This document shows positions 8,823 to 18,038 of a stretch of 64,000 bases of DNA, one piece after another. The notes beneath the pieces were generated by a model. That model worked only from the letters and a program-made list of their open reading frames with translations, was not told where the DNA came from and did not search any database. The DNA comes from Deltaproteobacteria bacterium (GTDB lineage Bacteria > Myxococcota > Kuafuiibacteriia > Kuafuiibacteriales > Kuafuiibacteriaceae). Location of the stretch: contig JAVJQW010000043.1 of NCBI GenBank assembly GCA_040218735.1, positions 128,001 through 192,000 of the forward strand, in the 5' to 3' direction. A program made the translations under genes and the position numbers. Each line of letters starts with the position of its first letter. Position 1 is the stretch's first letter.

Positions 8823-10196
8823 GTGTCCGTGGCCGATGCGGCAGCGCGAAGCGATGCTTCGCCCCCACGTGTCCTCGTGGCCGAGGACGACGAGCGCCTC
8901 GCGCGGCTCGTTGCTGCGCGTTTGGTGCACGGTGGCTTCGAAGTCGACTGCGTTTCGGACGGGTTGGCTGCGCTCGAAACAGCGCGTCAGCATACCCACG
9001 GGATACTCGTCCTCGACTATCACCTGCCGAAGCTCGACGGCATCGGCGTGCTCGAAGCGCTCGACGGTCTCGAGGATCGCCCCGCCGTCATCTTGATGTC
9101 TGGTTTCCTCGACGTCGAGCAGACGTTGGAAGCCCTTCGCCTGGGCGCCGCCGAGGTGTTGGAGAAACCGTTCGACCCCGCGCGTCTTTGTGAGGTGGTG
9201 CGATCGGTCGAGCTGCGCGCCAATGACGCGACGCAGGATCTCGTGGCCGACGCGAGCGTCGAGTACTTCGGCGCGTCTGCGCACGCGCGTGCCGTTCGTG
9301 ATCACATCGTGGCCGTCTCGCAATATCCGGAGCTCCCGGTGTTGATCGTCGGTGACACGGGCACGGGCAAGGAGGTCGTCGCGAAGTCGATCCACGCGAT
9401 GCGCGACGGCGACGATCCGTTCGTCGCGATGAACTGCGCGGCGATCACGGACGAGCTGTTCGAGAGCGAGCTCTTCGGTCACGAGGCCGGTGCCTTCACC
9501 GGCGCCGGCGCGCGTCGCGTCGGTCTCCTGGAATCCGCCAAGGGCGGCACCGTCTTCCTCGACGAGATCGGCGAGATGCCGCTGACGCAGCAAGCCAAGT
9601 TGCTGCGCGTCCTCGAGGACCGATCGTTCCGCCCCGTGGGCTCGAACCGCGAAGTGCCGCTCCGCGCACGAATCGTCAGCGCGACGAACCGCGACGTGTC
9701 GGGGGAGCAGCCGGGCGTGATGCGATCCGATCTGTTCTTCCGGCTCGCCGGGTACACGATCCGGCTCGAGCCGCTGAAGACCCGACGCGAAGACATCACG
9801 GTCCTCGCCGAGCGGTTCGTTCAAGACTTCATCAAGCGCTATGCGTCGTCCGATCGTGAGCTGTCCGCGCTCGCGCTCGACGTGTTGCGAATGCACGACT
9901 GGCCCGGCAACGCACGTGAGCTCCGCGCGGTCATCCAGTTCGCGTGCATCCTCGCGACGGACGGCGTCATCGGCGTTCGGCACGTCATCGAGGCCCTGCG
10001 TTCTCGCGGGGTCACGAAGACCGCGGCGACGGCGGAGCCCACGGATCGCGGTGACGTCGGGCTCCGCGAGATGGAACGCCAGCGGATCGCCACCGTGTAC
10101 GCGGAGTGCCGCGGCAACGCGAGCCGCGCCGCCCGCAAGCTCGGCATCCCGCGCTCCACGCTCCGCGACAAACTCGAGCGGTACGGCATCAGTTAG
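8823..10196 (+). CDS. Sigma-54-dependent response regulator (NtrC family)
   Basis: REC domain (VLVAEDD, LDYHLP), AAA+ (GDTGTGKE, ESELFGHEAGAFTGA, FLDEIGE, WPGNAREL) and a Fis-type HTH. Confidence 0.95.
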   Translation: MSVADAAARSDASPPRVLVAEDDERLARLVAARLVHGGFEVDCVSDGLAALETARQHTHGILVLDYHLPKLDGIGVLEALDGLEDRPAVILMSGFLDVEQTLEALRLGAAEVLEKPFDPARLCEVVRSVELRANDATQDLVADASVEYFGASAHARAVRDHIVAVSQYPELPVLIVGDTGTGKEVVAKSIHAMRDGDDPFVAMNCAAITDELFESELFGHEAGAFTGAGARRVGLLESAKGGTVFLDEIGEMPLTQQAKLLRVLEDRSFRPVGSNREVPLRARIVSATNRDVSGEQPGVMRSDLFFRLAGYTIRLEPLKTRREDITVLAERFVQDFIKRYASSDRELSALALDVLRMHDWPGNARELRAVIQFACILATDGVIGVRHVIEALRSRGVTKTAATAEPTDRGDVGLREMERQRIATVYAECRGNASRAARKLGIPRSTLRDKLERYGIS

Positions 10197-10199
10197 TCG

Positions 10200-11228
10200 T
10201 CAGTTCTGCGCGCCGAGCGCCGCGGTCACGCGGCTCAGCTCCAGCCGCTGCATCCCGATCGTCGTGTTGGTGGGCGAGAACACCGACATCACGATGCGGT
10301 CGTTGTTGATACACCGCATGAGGACGACCTGGTCGCGTCGGGTCAGGACGATCTCCTCGACCGTATCGCCGAGATCCATCGTAGCGACCGCCGAGCACTC
10401 CGCTCGGTAGAGCGCGATGACGAGCTGCGCGAGCTCGTCGAGCCCCTCGCAGTCCCCTTCCGACCAAAGGATCTTGCCGGTGTCCGCCGTGATCTCCGCG
10501 ACGGCGTCGGCGCCGTGGGGGAACGGGGCGGTGAAGTCGCGGGCCTCGTTCAGCTCCAACCCCGACTCGTCGCGAATGCGCATCGACTCCATGATGAGGA
10601 AGCTCATCGACGTATCGATGGTCTGCTCGCCGGAGGCGAAGAGGCTCGAGATGGTGATCGCCGGTGCGTTCCAGCCGATGATCTCGAGCGCTGCGGCTTC
10701 GCCGACCTCTTCGCCGAGTTTCGCGTGGATCAGCGCGCCGTCACGGATGTGGAGTCGGCCGCGGCGCTCGCCCGACTGCACGGTCAACGTGCAGGTCTTC
10801 CGCTCCATCTCGATGATCTGGAGGAACGAGGCGAGGCTGATGTTCCGAACGTGTCCGCGCACGCCGCGCGCGACGGCTTCGAGCAGACGCTCCAGCACGT
10901 TCGGAATGTCGAGCGGCTTCGTGAAACACTCGATCGCCCCGAGGCGGTCGAGCCGCTCCACCGACGCCTGGTCCGGGAAGCCGGTCATCGTGAACACCGG
11001 GACGTGCGGCGCGTTCGACACGATCCACGCGAGGAGCTCGAAGCCGTTCATGCCCGGCATCTGCAGGTCCGTGAGCACCAGATCGACCGGCGTCGACGCG
11101 AGGAGCTCCAACGCCTGCGACCCGTCGGTCGCCGTCACGACCGAGAGATCGCTTCGACGCACCGACAACGTGCGCGCGAGCGCTCGCAGCTGCGCGGGGT
11201 CGTCGTCGATGAGCAACAGACGCGTCAC
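10200..11228 (-). CDS. Response regulator with REC, DUF4388/PATAN-like and roadblock-like C-terminal domains
   Basis: REC (LLIDDD, TDLQMPGMNG, KP); GHVRNISLASFLQIIEMERKTCTL...GALIHA (DUF4388); C-terminal DTVEEIVLT...IGMQRLEL resembles roadblock. Confidence 0.8.
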   Translation of the reverse strand: MTRLLLIDDDPAQLRALARTLSVRRSDLSVVTATDGSQALELLASTPVDLVLTDLQMPGMNGFELLAWIVSNAPHVPVFTMTGFPDQASVERLDRLGAIECFTKPLDIPNVLERLLEAVARGVRGHVRNISLASFLQIIEMERKTCTLTVQSGERRGRLHIRDGALIHAKLGEEVGEAAALEIIGWNAPAITISSLFASGEQTIDTSMSFLIMESMRIRDESGLELNEARDFTAPFPHGADAVAEITADTGKILWSEGDCEGLDELAQLVIALYRAECSAVATMDLGDTVEEIVLTRRDQVVLMRCINNDRIVMSVFSPTNTTIGMQRLELSRVTAALGAQN

Positions 11229-12220
11229 ACGCCGTCCCCCCGAGGTAAGTAGAAAGCGAACGACGCGCCGCTGGTCGTCGGCTCCAACGTCAACGCACCG
11301 CCGAGGCTCTCGGCCGCTTCCTTAGCATTCGTGAGCCCCAGGCCCGTACCCTGTTCACGCGTCGTGAAGAACGGAAGGAATATCGATTCACGCAGCGGCG
11401 CCGGAATGCCGGGGCCGTCGTCGACGACGCGGACGCGAACGAATTCCGTGTCGGGGATGTCGGGGAGCGGCGCGCGCTCCGCTTGCACGTGCACGTGGGT
11501 CGCGTTGCTCGAAGCCTCCGCGGCGTTCAGCAGGAGGTTCACGAGCACCTGCTCGATCGTCAGCGAGTTGCCCCGCACGCAGTCGGCGTCGTCCGCGACG
11601 TCGATCGTCAGCTCGTGTTCAGCCTTGTGGTAGACCGCGCGCAAGAAGCCCGACGCGCGGTTGAGCGTCTCGCGCAGCGACACCGGCACCGAGACCGTCG
11701 GGCCGAGTCGGGCGTAGTCGAGGAGCCCGTCCACCGTCCCCTGCAACCGCCGCGTCGCGGCCACGACGTCCTCGGCCGTGTCGCGCACCTGCTCGGGCGA
11801 GAGCGAGCCTGACGCCACGGCGAGGTAGTCCGCGCTGTACATGATGTTCGCGAGGGAGTTGCGAAGGTCGTGGGCGATGCTCGCGACGAGGCGACCCGTC
11901 GCCTCCAGGCGCTGGCGATGGAGGCGCTTCGAGGTCTCGACGTGTTTGTCCGAAATCTCGTTCATCAGGAGGAGGTAGTCGTTGCCCGTGCGATAGCGTG
12001 TGCAACCGAGTACATCGAGGCACTCGCGCGAGCGCCACTCGATGGCGTGACCGACCGGGACACGCTCCAGGGAACGCCACAGATCCGATGGCAACGGCCC
12101 GGGGACGTCGTCGATCGCACCGAGGCGGATGAGCATGTCCCGGCCCATCGGCGTCCCCGCAATCGCATGCCCCGCCCGCGAGCACAACGCGAGCGGCGCT
12201 TCGATGCGTTCGAAGTCCAT
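11225..12220 (-). CDS. Cytoplasmic sensor histidine kinase
   Basis: H-box SIAHDLRNSL, N-box NLLLNAAEA, G boxes DDGPGI and FFTTREQGTGLGL. No TM segment. Start chosen at MDFERIEAP. Confidence 0.88.
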   Translation of the reverse strand: MDFERIEAPLALCSRAGHAIAGTPMGRDMLIRLGAIDDVPGPLPSDLWRSLERVPVGHAIEWRSRECLDVLGCTRYRTGNDYLLLMNEISDKHVETSKRLHRQRLEATGRLVASIAHDLRNSLANIMYSADYLAVASGSLSPEQVRDTAEDVVAATRRLQGTVDGLLDYARLGPTVSVPVSLRETLNRASGFLRAVYHKAEHELTIDVADDADCVRGNSLTIEQVLVNLLLNAAEASSNATHVHVQAERAPLPDIPDTEFVRVRVVDDGPGIPAPLRESIFLPFFTTREQGTGLGLTNAKEAAESLGGALTLEPTTSGASFAFYLPRGDGV

Positions 12221-12358
12221 CGCGACCCATGAACACAAGATTCGTTCCCGTCGATGCCGGCGGAGGATCGTCGCGGGAGGTGGCGGATACCGCCACCGGA
12301 TCGGCGGCATTCGCCAGGTCCCGTCGGCGCGGTGTGACCGGCGGACGTGTTCGCGGTG

Positions 12359-12374
12359 TGGCCCACCCGTTGCA
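12359..12374 (+). promoter_or_regulatory. Putative sigma-54 (-24/-12) promoter of the roadblock gene
   Basis: TGGCCCACCCGTTGCA has the exact GG-N10-GC spacing and a TTGCA -12 box, 40 bp before the start at 12415. Confidence 0.6.
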
Positions 12375-12414
12375 CTTCGGCTGATGCACACCCGATTCGA
12401 GGAGGAGAACGAAC

Positions 12415-12777
12415 GTGGCCAATATCAATGAATCGCTCACCAACGTCCTAGAGCTGGATGGCGCCATGGGCGCGTGTGTCGTCGACAGCGGCAGCGGGAT
12501 GATGCTCGGGGCTCAAGGCGGTGGGCCCGTCAACCTCGAGGTCGCGGCCGCCGGGAACACGGAGGTCGTCCGCGCGAAGCGCAAGACGATGAACGCGCTC
12601 GACCTGAACGACGACATCGAGGACATCCTCATCTCGCTGGGGCGTCAGTACCACCTCATCCGTCCGCTCAGCCGCAACAACGCGCTGTTCATCTACCTCG
12701 TCCTCGACAAGAACAAGGGGAACCTGGCGATGGCGCGGATGAAGCTCGCCGCGATCGAAAAGGAGATGGTGCTGTAG
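12415..12777 (+). CDS. Roadblock/LC7 (MglB-like) protein
   Basis: LDGAMGACVVDSGSGMMLG, AAAGNTEVVRAKRKTM, IEDILISLGRQYHLIRPL, NLAMARMKL. Strong RBS GAGGAGGAG. Confidence 0.85.
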   Translation: MANINESLTNVLELDGAMGACVVDSGSGMMLGAQGGGPVNLEVAAAGNTEVVRAKRKTMNALDLNDDIEDILISLGRQYHLIRPLSRNNALFIYLVLDKNKGNLAMARMKLAAIEKEMVL

Positions 12778-12794
12778 CGCCGCGCAGGTAGCGC

Positions 12795-14153
12795 CTAGCT
12801 CGGGGGCTTCGCGAGCCCGTGTTTGCGGAGCAGCCCGCGCAGGTGCTTGCGATCCATCGACGCCAGGCGCGCGGCCTTGCTGATGCTCCCGTCCGCGCGC
12901 GCCATCAACCAACCCAGATAGCTGCGTTCGAAGTCGTGCTCCCAGCCCTGTTTGTGCTCGGAGAACGAGCGCTCCGGGTCGAACACCAGCGTCTGTTCGA
13001 GGGACGGCCCTTCGAACATGTTGTCCGCCGTCGGCAACATGAAACGCGCGACGCCATCGCCCGTCGCCGCGAGCCACAGCCCCCGTTCCACGGTGTTCTT
13101 CAGCTCGCGGACGTTGCCGGGCCAGTCGTGTGCGAGGAGGCTGTTCACCTCGTTGGGATCGATCCGGGCGCGGTGACCGGTGCGCTCCGCGAAGGCGGCC
13201 ACGAACGCGTCGATCAGCAGCGGGATGTCGTCGCGTCGCTCGCGGAGCGGCGGCATTCGAATCGGCACCACCGCCAGGCGGAAGTAGAGATCCTCGCGGA
13301 ACCGACCGCGCTCGACCTCTTCCTCCAGGTCGCGCTTCGTCGCGGCGACGATGCGGACGTCGACCGAGATCGTGCTGCCGCCACCGACGCGTCGAATCTC
13401 CCGGTCGTCGATCGCCCGAAGCAACTTGGGTTGCACGTCGAGCGGGAGCTCACCGATCTCGTCGAGGAACAGCGTGCCGCCCTTGGCGCGCTCGAAGGCG
13501 CCCTCGCGTGACTCGTCGGCGCCGGTGAACGCGCCGCGCTCGTAGCCGAACAGCTCGGCCTCGATCAGCGAGGGCGCGATCGCCCCGCAGTCGAGCGGGA
13601 GGATGCCGCGGTCCTTGCGGCTCGACGCCTCGTGAATCGCGTTGGCGAGGACGTCCTTGCCGGTGCCCGTCTCGCCGAGGAGCAGCACGGTCGCGTCGGT
13701 CGGCGCGATCGCCTCCACCACGCCGAACACCTCGCGCATCGGCAGCGACGCGCCGCGCGCACGACCGAAGTGGTCCGCCGTCGACGGGAGCACCGTGGTC
13801 ACGTCGGACTCGTCCGACAGCCGGAGCTCCACGTCGCCAAGCGCGAGCGTCGAGCCGGGCTCCAACACACCCTCGTGGACGATTCGGCCGTTGAGGCGCG
13901 TTTGCCCGCCGGAGCGATCCGTCACGCGGATGCCCGAGTTGTCGGTCATGACCTGCAGCTCGGCGTGGTCGTCCGCGACCCCCTCCAGCACGATCGTGTT
14001 GCGGTCGTCCGCGCCGATCGTGAAGACCCGACGCGCGACGTCCAGGACCAGCTCTTCGCCCTTCTTGGGGCCGGTCAGCACGATCAGCCGCGGGTGCTCC
14101 AGGCGGATCCGCTGCTGCACGAACGCCGTCTTCGGCCCGGACTTGGCCCCCAC
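12795..14153 (-). CDS. FHA-domain sigma-54-dependent transcriptional activator
   Basis: N-terminal FHA-like beta domain, then [36 protein letters not shown] and an HTH. Confidence 0.92.
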   Translation of the reverse strand: MGAKSGPKTAFVQQRIRLEHPRLIVLTGPKKGEELVLDVARRVFTIGADDRNTIVLEGVADDHAELQVMTDNSGIRVTDRSGGQTRLNGRIVHEGVLEPGSTLALGDVELRLSDESDVTTVLPSTADHFGRARGASLPMREVFGVVEAIAPTDATVLLLGETGTGKDVLANAIHEASSRKDRGILPLDCGAIAPSLIEAELFGYERGAFTGADESREGAFERAKGGTLFLDEIGELPLDVQPKLLRAIDDREIRRVGGGSTISVDVRIVAATKRDLEEEVERGRFREDLYFRLAVVPIRMPPLRERRDDIPLLIDAFVAAFAERTGHRARIDPNEVNSLLAHDWPGNVRELKNTVERGLWLAATGDGVARFMLPTADNMFEGPSLEQTLVFDPERSFSEHKQGWEHDFERSYLGWLMARADGSISKAARLASMDRKHLRGLLRKHGLAKPPS

Positions 14154-14236
14154 GCTGAGACGCTACCACCGACCGCGACCCCGCCAAAGATCTGCGCATC
14201 ACGCCCAGGCTTGGCCGGTCCGACCCGGGCTGCTAG

Positions 14237-15802
14237 ATGCCAGGAGCTGTGGTCGACGTCCTCCTCGTCAACCCCTACGTGCTCTCGCGCCACGAGCCGC
14301 GCAAGGCGTCGTACCGTCCGTATCCGCCGATCGGGCTGATGTACCTCGGCGCGGTGCTGCGCGAGCACGGGTACTCCGTCGAGATCTACGACGGCACCTT
14401 CGAGACGTCGCCGGATCAGATCCGCGCTCGGCTCCGGACCGGTCCGCGCCCGCGCGTCGCCGGCATCTTCGCGATGAACTCCTTCCGCGACGACGCCCTC
14501 GCGACGATCGAGCTGCTGAAGGAGCAGGGCGTTACGGTGCTCGCCGGCGGGCCGGACCCGTCGATCTACGACGAGGAGTACCTCGCCGCAGGCGCCGACG
14601 TCGTGGTGCGCGGGGAGGGCGAAGTCGCGATCCTCGAGATCCTCGACGCGCTCGACCTCCGGCCGGGCGGGAGCGACGACCGGCGCGCGGACGTCGAGCG
14701 CCTCGATCGGATCCTCGGTGTGTCGCGCCTCGACCGCGATGCGAAGCTCGTCCGTGTGGAGGACCGGCCGGCGTCCAAGACGATGGACGACCTGCCGATG
14801 CCCGCGTACGACCTCGTCGATCTGCCGCGCTACGTGAGCGAGTGGCGCCGCGTGCACGGGTACGCGTCGATTCAGTTCATGACCTCGCGCGGGTGCCCGT
14901 TCTCCTGCACGTGGTGCGCGCGGCCGATCTTCGGACGCAAGTATCGGCAGTACTCCCCCGAACGCGCCGTCGACGAGATCGAGCACCTCGTCAACACCTA
15001 CGGCGTCGACCACCTCTGGCTGTTCGACGACACCTTCGTCGTGCGGCGCGCGTGGGTCGAAGCGTTCTGCGACGCGATCGTCGAGCGCGGCGTGAAGATC
15101 CGCTGGGAGTGCCTCGCCCGCGTCGACCTCACCGACGAACCGCTCCTCGTGAAGATGAAGGCGGCGGGCGTGGAGCGCATCAACTTTGGCTTCGAGTCCG
15201 GCTCGCAACGTGTGCTCGACCGCATGAAGAAGGGCACGACCGTCGAGGACGCACGCCGCGTCGCCGACGCCATGCATCGCCTCGGCATCACCATGGGCGG
15301 CTACGTGCTGATGGGGTACCCGGGCGAGGAGTGGGGCGACATCGAGAAGACGATCGACCTCGTCACCAGCATCCAGCCCGTCGACTACTCCACCAGCGTC
15401 GCGCTGCCGATGCCCGGCACCGAATTCTTCACCCTCGTGCGCGACATGATGCTCGCCGACAACGACTGGGCGAAGGAGGACGCGGACGCCGTCATCTGGG
15501 ACTCGCCGTACTCGCGCGGCTTCTACCGCCTCGTCGAATCGCTGATGCACGCCGAGTACGACCTCGGCCTCGAGTTCTCCGTCCGCCGCTACGTGAAGTC
15601 GAAGGTGCTGCGCGGGATGCTCGGCGCGATGCGCGTCGCGACCACCAAGCGCGGTCGCCTCGACAGCTACCGCGGCGACCGTTTCCGCGGCTGGGAGGGG
15701 ATGCGCACCGCCGAGAAGTCCGCGCGTCACCGCGCCGGTCACCGGCGGCGCGCGGAGCGGGAGCGCGAGGAGCGCAAGGTCGCGCTGAAGGTCATCTCGT
15801 GA
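14237..15802 (+). CDS. Cobalamin-binding radical SAM protein
   Basis: YPPIGLMYLGAVL and GGPDPS...VVRGEGE (B12-binding domain); TSRGCPFSCTWC (CxxxCxxC); FGFESGSQRVL. Confidence 0.92.
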   Translation: MPGAVVDVLLVNPYVLSRHEPRKASYRPYPPIGLMYLGAVLREHGYSVEIYDGTFETSPDQIRARLRTGPRPRVAGIFAMNSFRDDALATIELLKEQGVTVLAGGPDPSIYDEEYLAAGADVVVRGEGEVAILEILDALDLRPGGSDDRRADVERLDRILGVSRLDRDAKLVRVEDRPASKTMDDLPMPAYDLVDLPRYVSEWRRVHGYASIQFMTSRGCPFSCTWCARPIFGRKYRQYSPERAVDEIEHLVNTYGVDHLWLFDDTFVVRRAWVEAFCDAIVERGVKIRWECLARVDLTDEPLLVKMKAAGVERINFGFESGSQRVLDRMKKGTTVEDARRVADAMHRLGITMGGYVLMGYPGEEWGDIEKTIDLVTSIQPVDYSTSVALPMPGTEFFTLVRDMMLADNDWAKEDADAVIWDSPYSRGFYRLVESLMHAEYDLGLEFSVRRYVKSKVLRGMLGAMRVATTKRGRLDSYRGDRFRGWEGMRTAEKSARHRAGHRRRAEREREERKVALKVIS

Positions 15803-16824
15803 AGGCGATCGTCGAGCGTGTAATCGAAGGCGTCGCGCGTGCGCGCGCACCGAAGGAGCCGCCGGTCCCCGCGGGCCCGATCGTCGACGGCCGCGACAAC
15901 CTGGAGCGACCGGCCTGTCCGCTGTGCGGCAACACCCGCGCGAAGCCGCTGGTCGTCGCGCGCGACACCTGGGTCGAGGGGCACGACACGTACTCCGTCG
16001 TGCGGTGCGAGGTCTGCGCGCACCGCTACACGACGCCGCGCTTCAAAGAGGCGTGTAAACACCTCGCCTTCGAGGGCGACTACCCGTTCTACACGCGGGC
16101 GCGCGAGGTCCGCGGCGGCCGGCGCGTGGATCGTGCCGAGGCGCGTCGGCCGTTCGAAGGCCGCGCGGATCGGCTGCGCGCGACGACGTCCCAGGCGGGG
16201 CGTGTCCTCGACATCGGCTGCGGCGACGGCTTCTTCCTCGACGCGATGCGCGTGCGCGGATGGTCGGTCGTCGGGACGGACGTCGAGGCGGACGTGGTGT
16301 GGCACGCCAACGAGGTGCTCGACATCGAAGCCTCCGTCTGCGACCTCGAGCGCGACCCGCTCCCGGAGGGACCGTTCGAGGCGGTCACGATGTGGGGGGT
16401 CCTGCAGCTGCTCTACCGTCCGCAGCGCGCGCTGGAGCAGGTGCGACAGCTCCTCACGGACGACGGGATCCTCGCGATCGGCGTGTCGAACATCGACAGC
16501 ACGGGCGCGCGGCTGTTCGGGCCCCGCTGGCGGGGCCTCGGGGTCCCTCGGCACCTGTCCCACTTCACGCCCAACACCCTGGAGCGCCTGCTGGCGTGGT
16601 CGGGGTTCGAGGTCGTGCACGTGCACCACGAGACGCCGCGCTGGATCGTCGCGCATTCGGCGGATGACGCGCTCGTGGGGCCTGCGTCGCGCCTCGCGAA
16701 GGCGGCGTTGGTCCCGGCGCTCGGTGTGGCCGGGCGCACGCGCTACGGGGACACGATGGAGGTGTACGCCCGTCGTATTTCCCAGTCGGGTTCGCACGCC
16801 GCTACAATGAACGCGACGCCGTGA
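15799..16824 (+). CDS. Class I SAM-dependent methyltransferase with an N-terminal Zn ribbon
   Basis: CPLCG...CEVCAH, VLDIGCGDG, PRHLSHFTPNTL. The GTG start overlaps the upstream stop (GTGA). Confidence 0.85.
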   Translation: MKAIVERVIEGVARARAPKEPPVPAGPIVDGRDNLERPACPLCGNTRAKPLVVARDTWVEGHDTYSVVRCEVCAHRYTTPRFKEACKHLAFEGDYPFYTRAREVRGGRRVDRAEARRPFEGRADRLRATTSQAGRVLDIGCGDGFFLDAMRVRGWSVVGTDVEADVVWHANEVLDIEASVCDLERDPLPEGPFEAVTMWGVLQLLYRPQRALEQVRQLLTDDGILAIGVSNIDSTGARLFGPRWRGLGVPRHLSHFTPNTLERLLAWSGFEVVHVHHETPRWIVAHSADDALVGPASRLAKAALVPALGVAGRTRYGDTMEVYARRISQSGSHAATMNATP

Positions 16825-18038
16825 ATCTCATCGCGCTCGCCATCCCGGCCTTCTTCCTGTTCATCGCCATCGAGCTGGTGGCGGCGAAGGTGATGAAGCG
16901 CGACGTCTACCGGTTCAGCGATTCGATCGCGGACCTGTCGTGTGGTGTCACGCAGCAGGTCGTGACGGTGTTCCTCGCGCTCGTCACGGTCGCCGGCTAC
17001 AAGACGCTTCAGTCGAGTTTCGGCTACTTCGAGATCCCGACCGACGCGTGGTGGGCGTGGCTGTTGTGTTTCCTCGGCGTGGACCTCTGCTACTACTGGT
17101 TCCATCGCCTCAGCCACGAGATCGCGTTTCTGTGGGGCGCGCACGTGGTGCACCACCAGAGCGAGGAGTACAACCTGACTGTCGCGCTACGGCAGTCGGC
17201 GTTCCAGCCAGGCTTTTCGTGGCTGTTCTATCTGCCGCTCGCGTTGCTCGGCTTCCCGCCGCTGATGTTCTTCACGGTGGCGGCGCTCAACACGCTCTAT
17301 CAGTTCTGGATCCACACGCGACTCATCGGGCGCATGGGTCCGCTGGAGTGGATCATCAACACGCCGTCGCACCACCGCGTGCACCACGGGCGCAACGCGC
17401 AGTACATCGACCGCAACCACGCCGGCTCGCTGATCATCTGGGACAAGCTGTTCGGGACGTTCGAGCCGGAGGGTGAAGAGGTCATCTACGGCGTGAACGA
17501 CGCGATCGATAGCTACAGCCCCATCTGGGCGAACTTCCACTACTACGTGCACACCTGGCGCCGCGCGCGTGCGTTCCCGCGGGTGTGGGATCGCGTGAAG
17601 GTCTGGTTCATGTTGCCGGGCTGGACGCCCGAGGGTGTCGCGAAGGCCGAGGGCCGCGCGCTCACCGAGCCGAAGTACGACCCGCCCGCGGAGCGCCGGA
17701 CGATTGGCTACGTGCTCGGGCAGTTCGCGTTGTTGGTGGGGCTCACGGTCGGCTACTTGTTCTTGCGCCCTTCCGAGGTCGGCTGGGCGCCGAAGATCCT
17801 GCTCGGCGTCTTCATCGTCTTGTCGGTCACGACGTTCGCGGGCCTCCTCGAGTCGCGCCGCTGGGCGCGCACCGTGGAGCTGCTGCGCCCGACCGTGCTG
17901 GTGATCGGCGCCGTGGTGTTCGTCCCCGACGCGTACGTCGCGGTGGAGTACGCCGTGCCCGCCGTGCTGTACGTGGTGCTGAGCGCGGTGGTGTTGCTGA
18001 CCCGCCGCGGTGAAGCCGCGGCGACCGTACGGGCTTAG
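16821..18038 (+). CDS. Sterol desaturase / alkylglycerol monooxygenase-like membrane di-iron enzyme
   Basis: His boxes YYWFHRLSH, AHVVHHQSEEYNL, FWIHT and TPSHHRVHHG; multiple TM segments; long C-terminal TM extension as in AGMO-like proteins. Confidence 0.88.
   Translation: MNLIALAIPAFFLFIAIELVAAKVMKRDVYRFSDSIADLSCGVTQQVVTVFLALVTVAGYKTLQSSFGYFEIPTDAWWAWLLCFLGVDLCYYWFHRLSHEIAFLWGAHVVHHQSEEYNLTVALRQSAFQPGFSWLFYLPLALLGFPPLMFFTVAALNTLYQFWIHTRLIGRMGPLEWIINTPSHHRVHHGRNAQYIDRNHAGSLIIWDKLFGTFEPEGEEVIYGVNDAIDSYSPIWANFHYYVHTWRRARAFPRVWDRVKVWFMLPGWTPEGVAKAEGRALTEPKYDPPAERRTIGYVLGQFALLVGLTVGYLFLRPSEVGWAPKILLGVFIVLSVTTFAGLLESRRWARTVELLRPTVLVIGAVVFVPDAYVAVEYAVPAVLYVVLSAVVLLTRRGEAAATVRA

Noticed and set aside
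13642-16824. Apparent giant proteins from the ORF track (13642..16824, 3547..6714, 47445..50087, 53415..57074, 27520..30054)
   Set aside because: The N-terminal extensions overlap real genes in other frames. The true starts lie downstream at signal peptides or domain boundaries.
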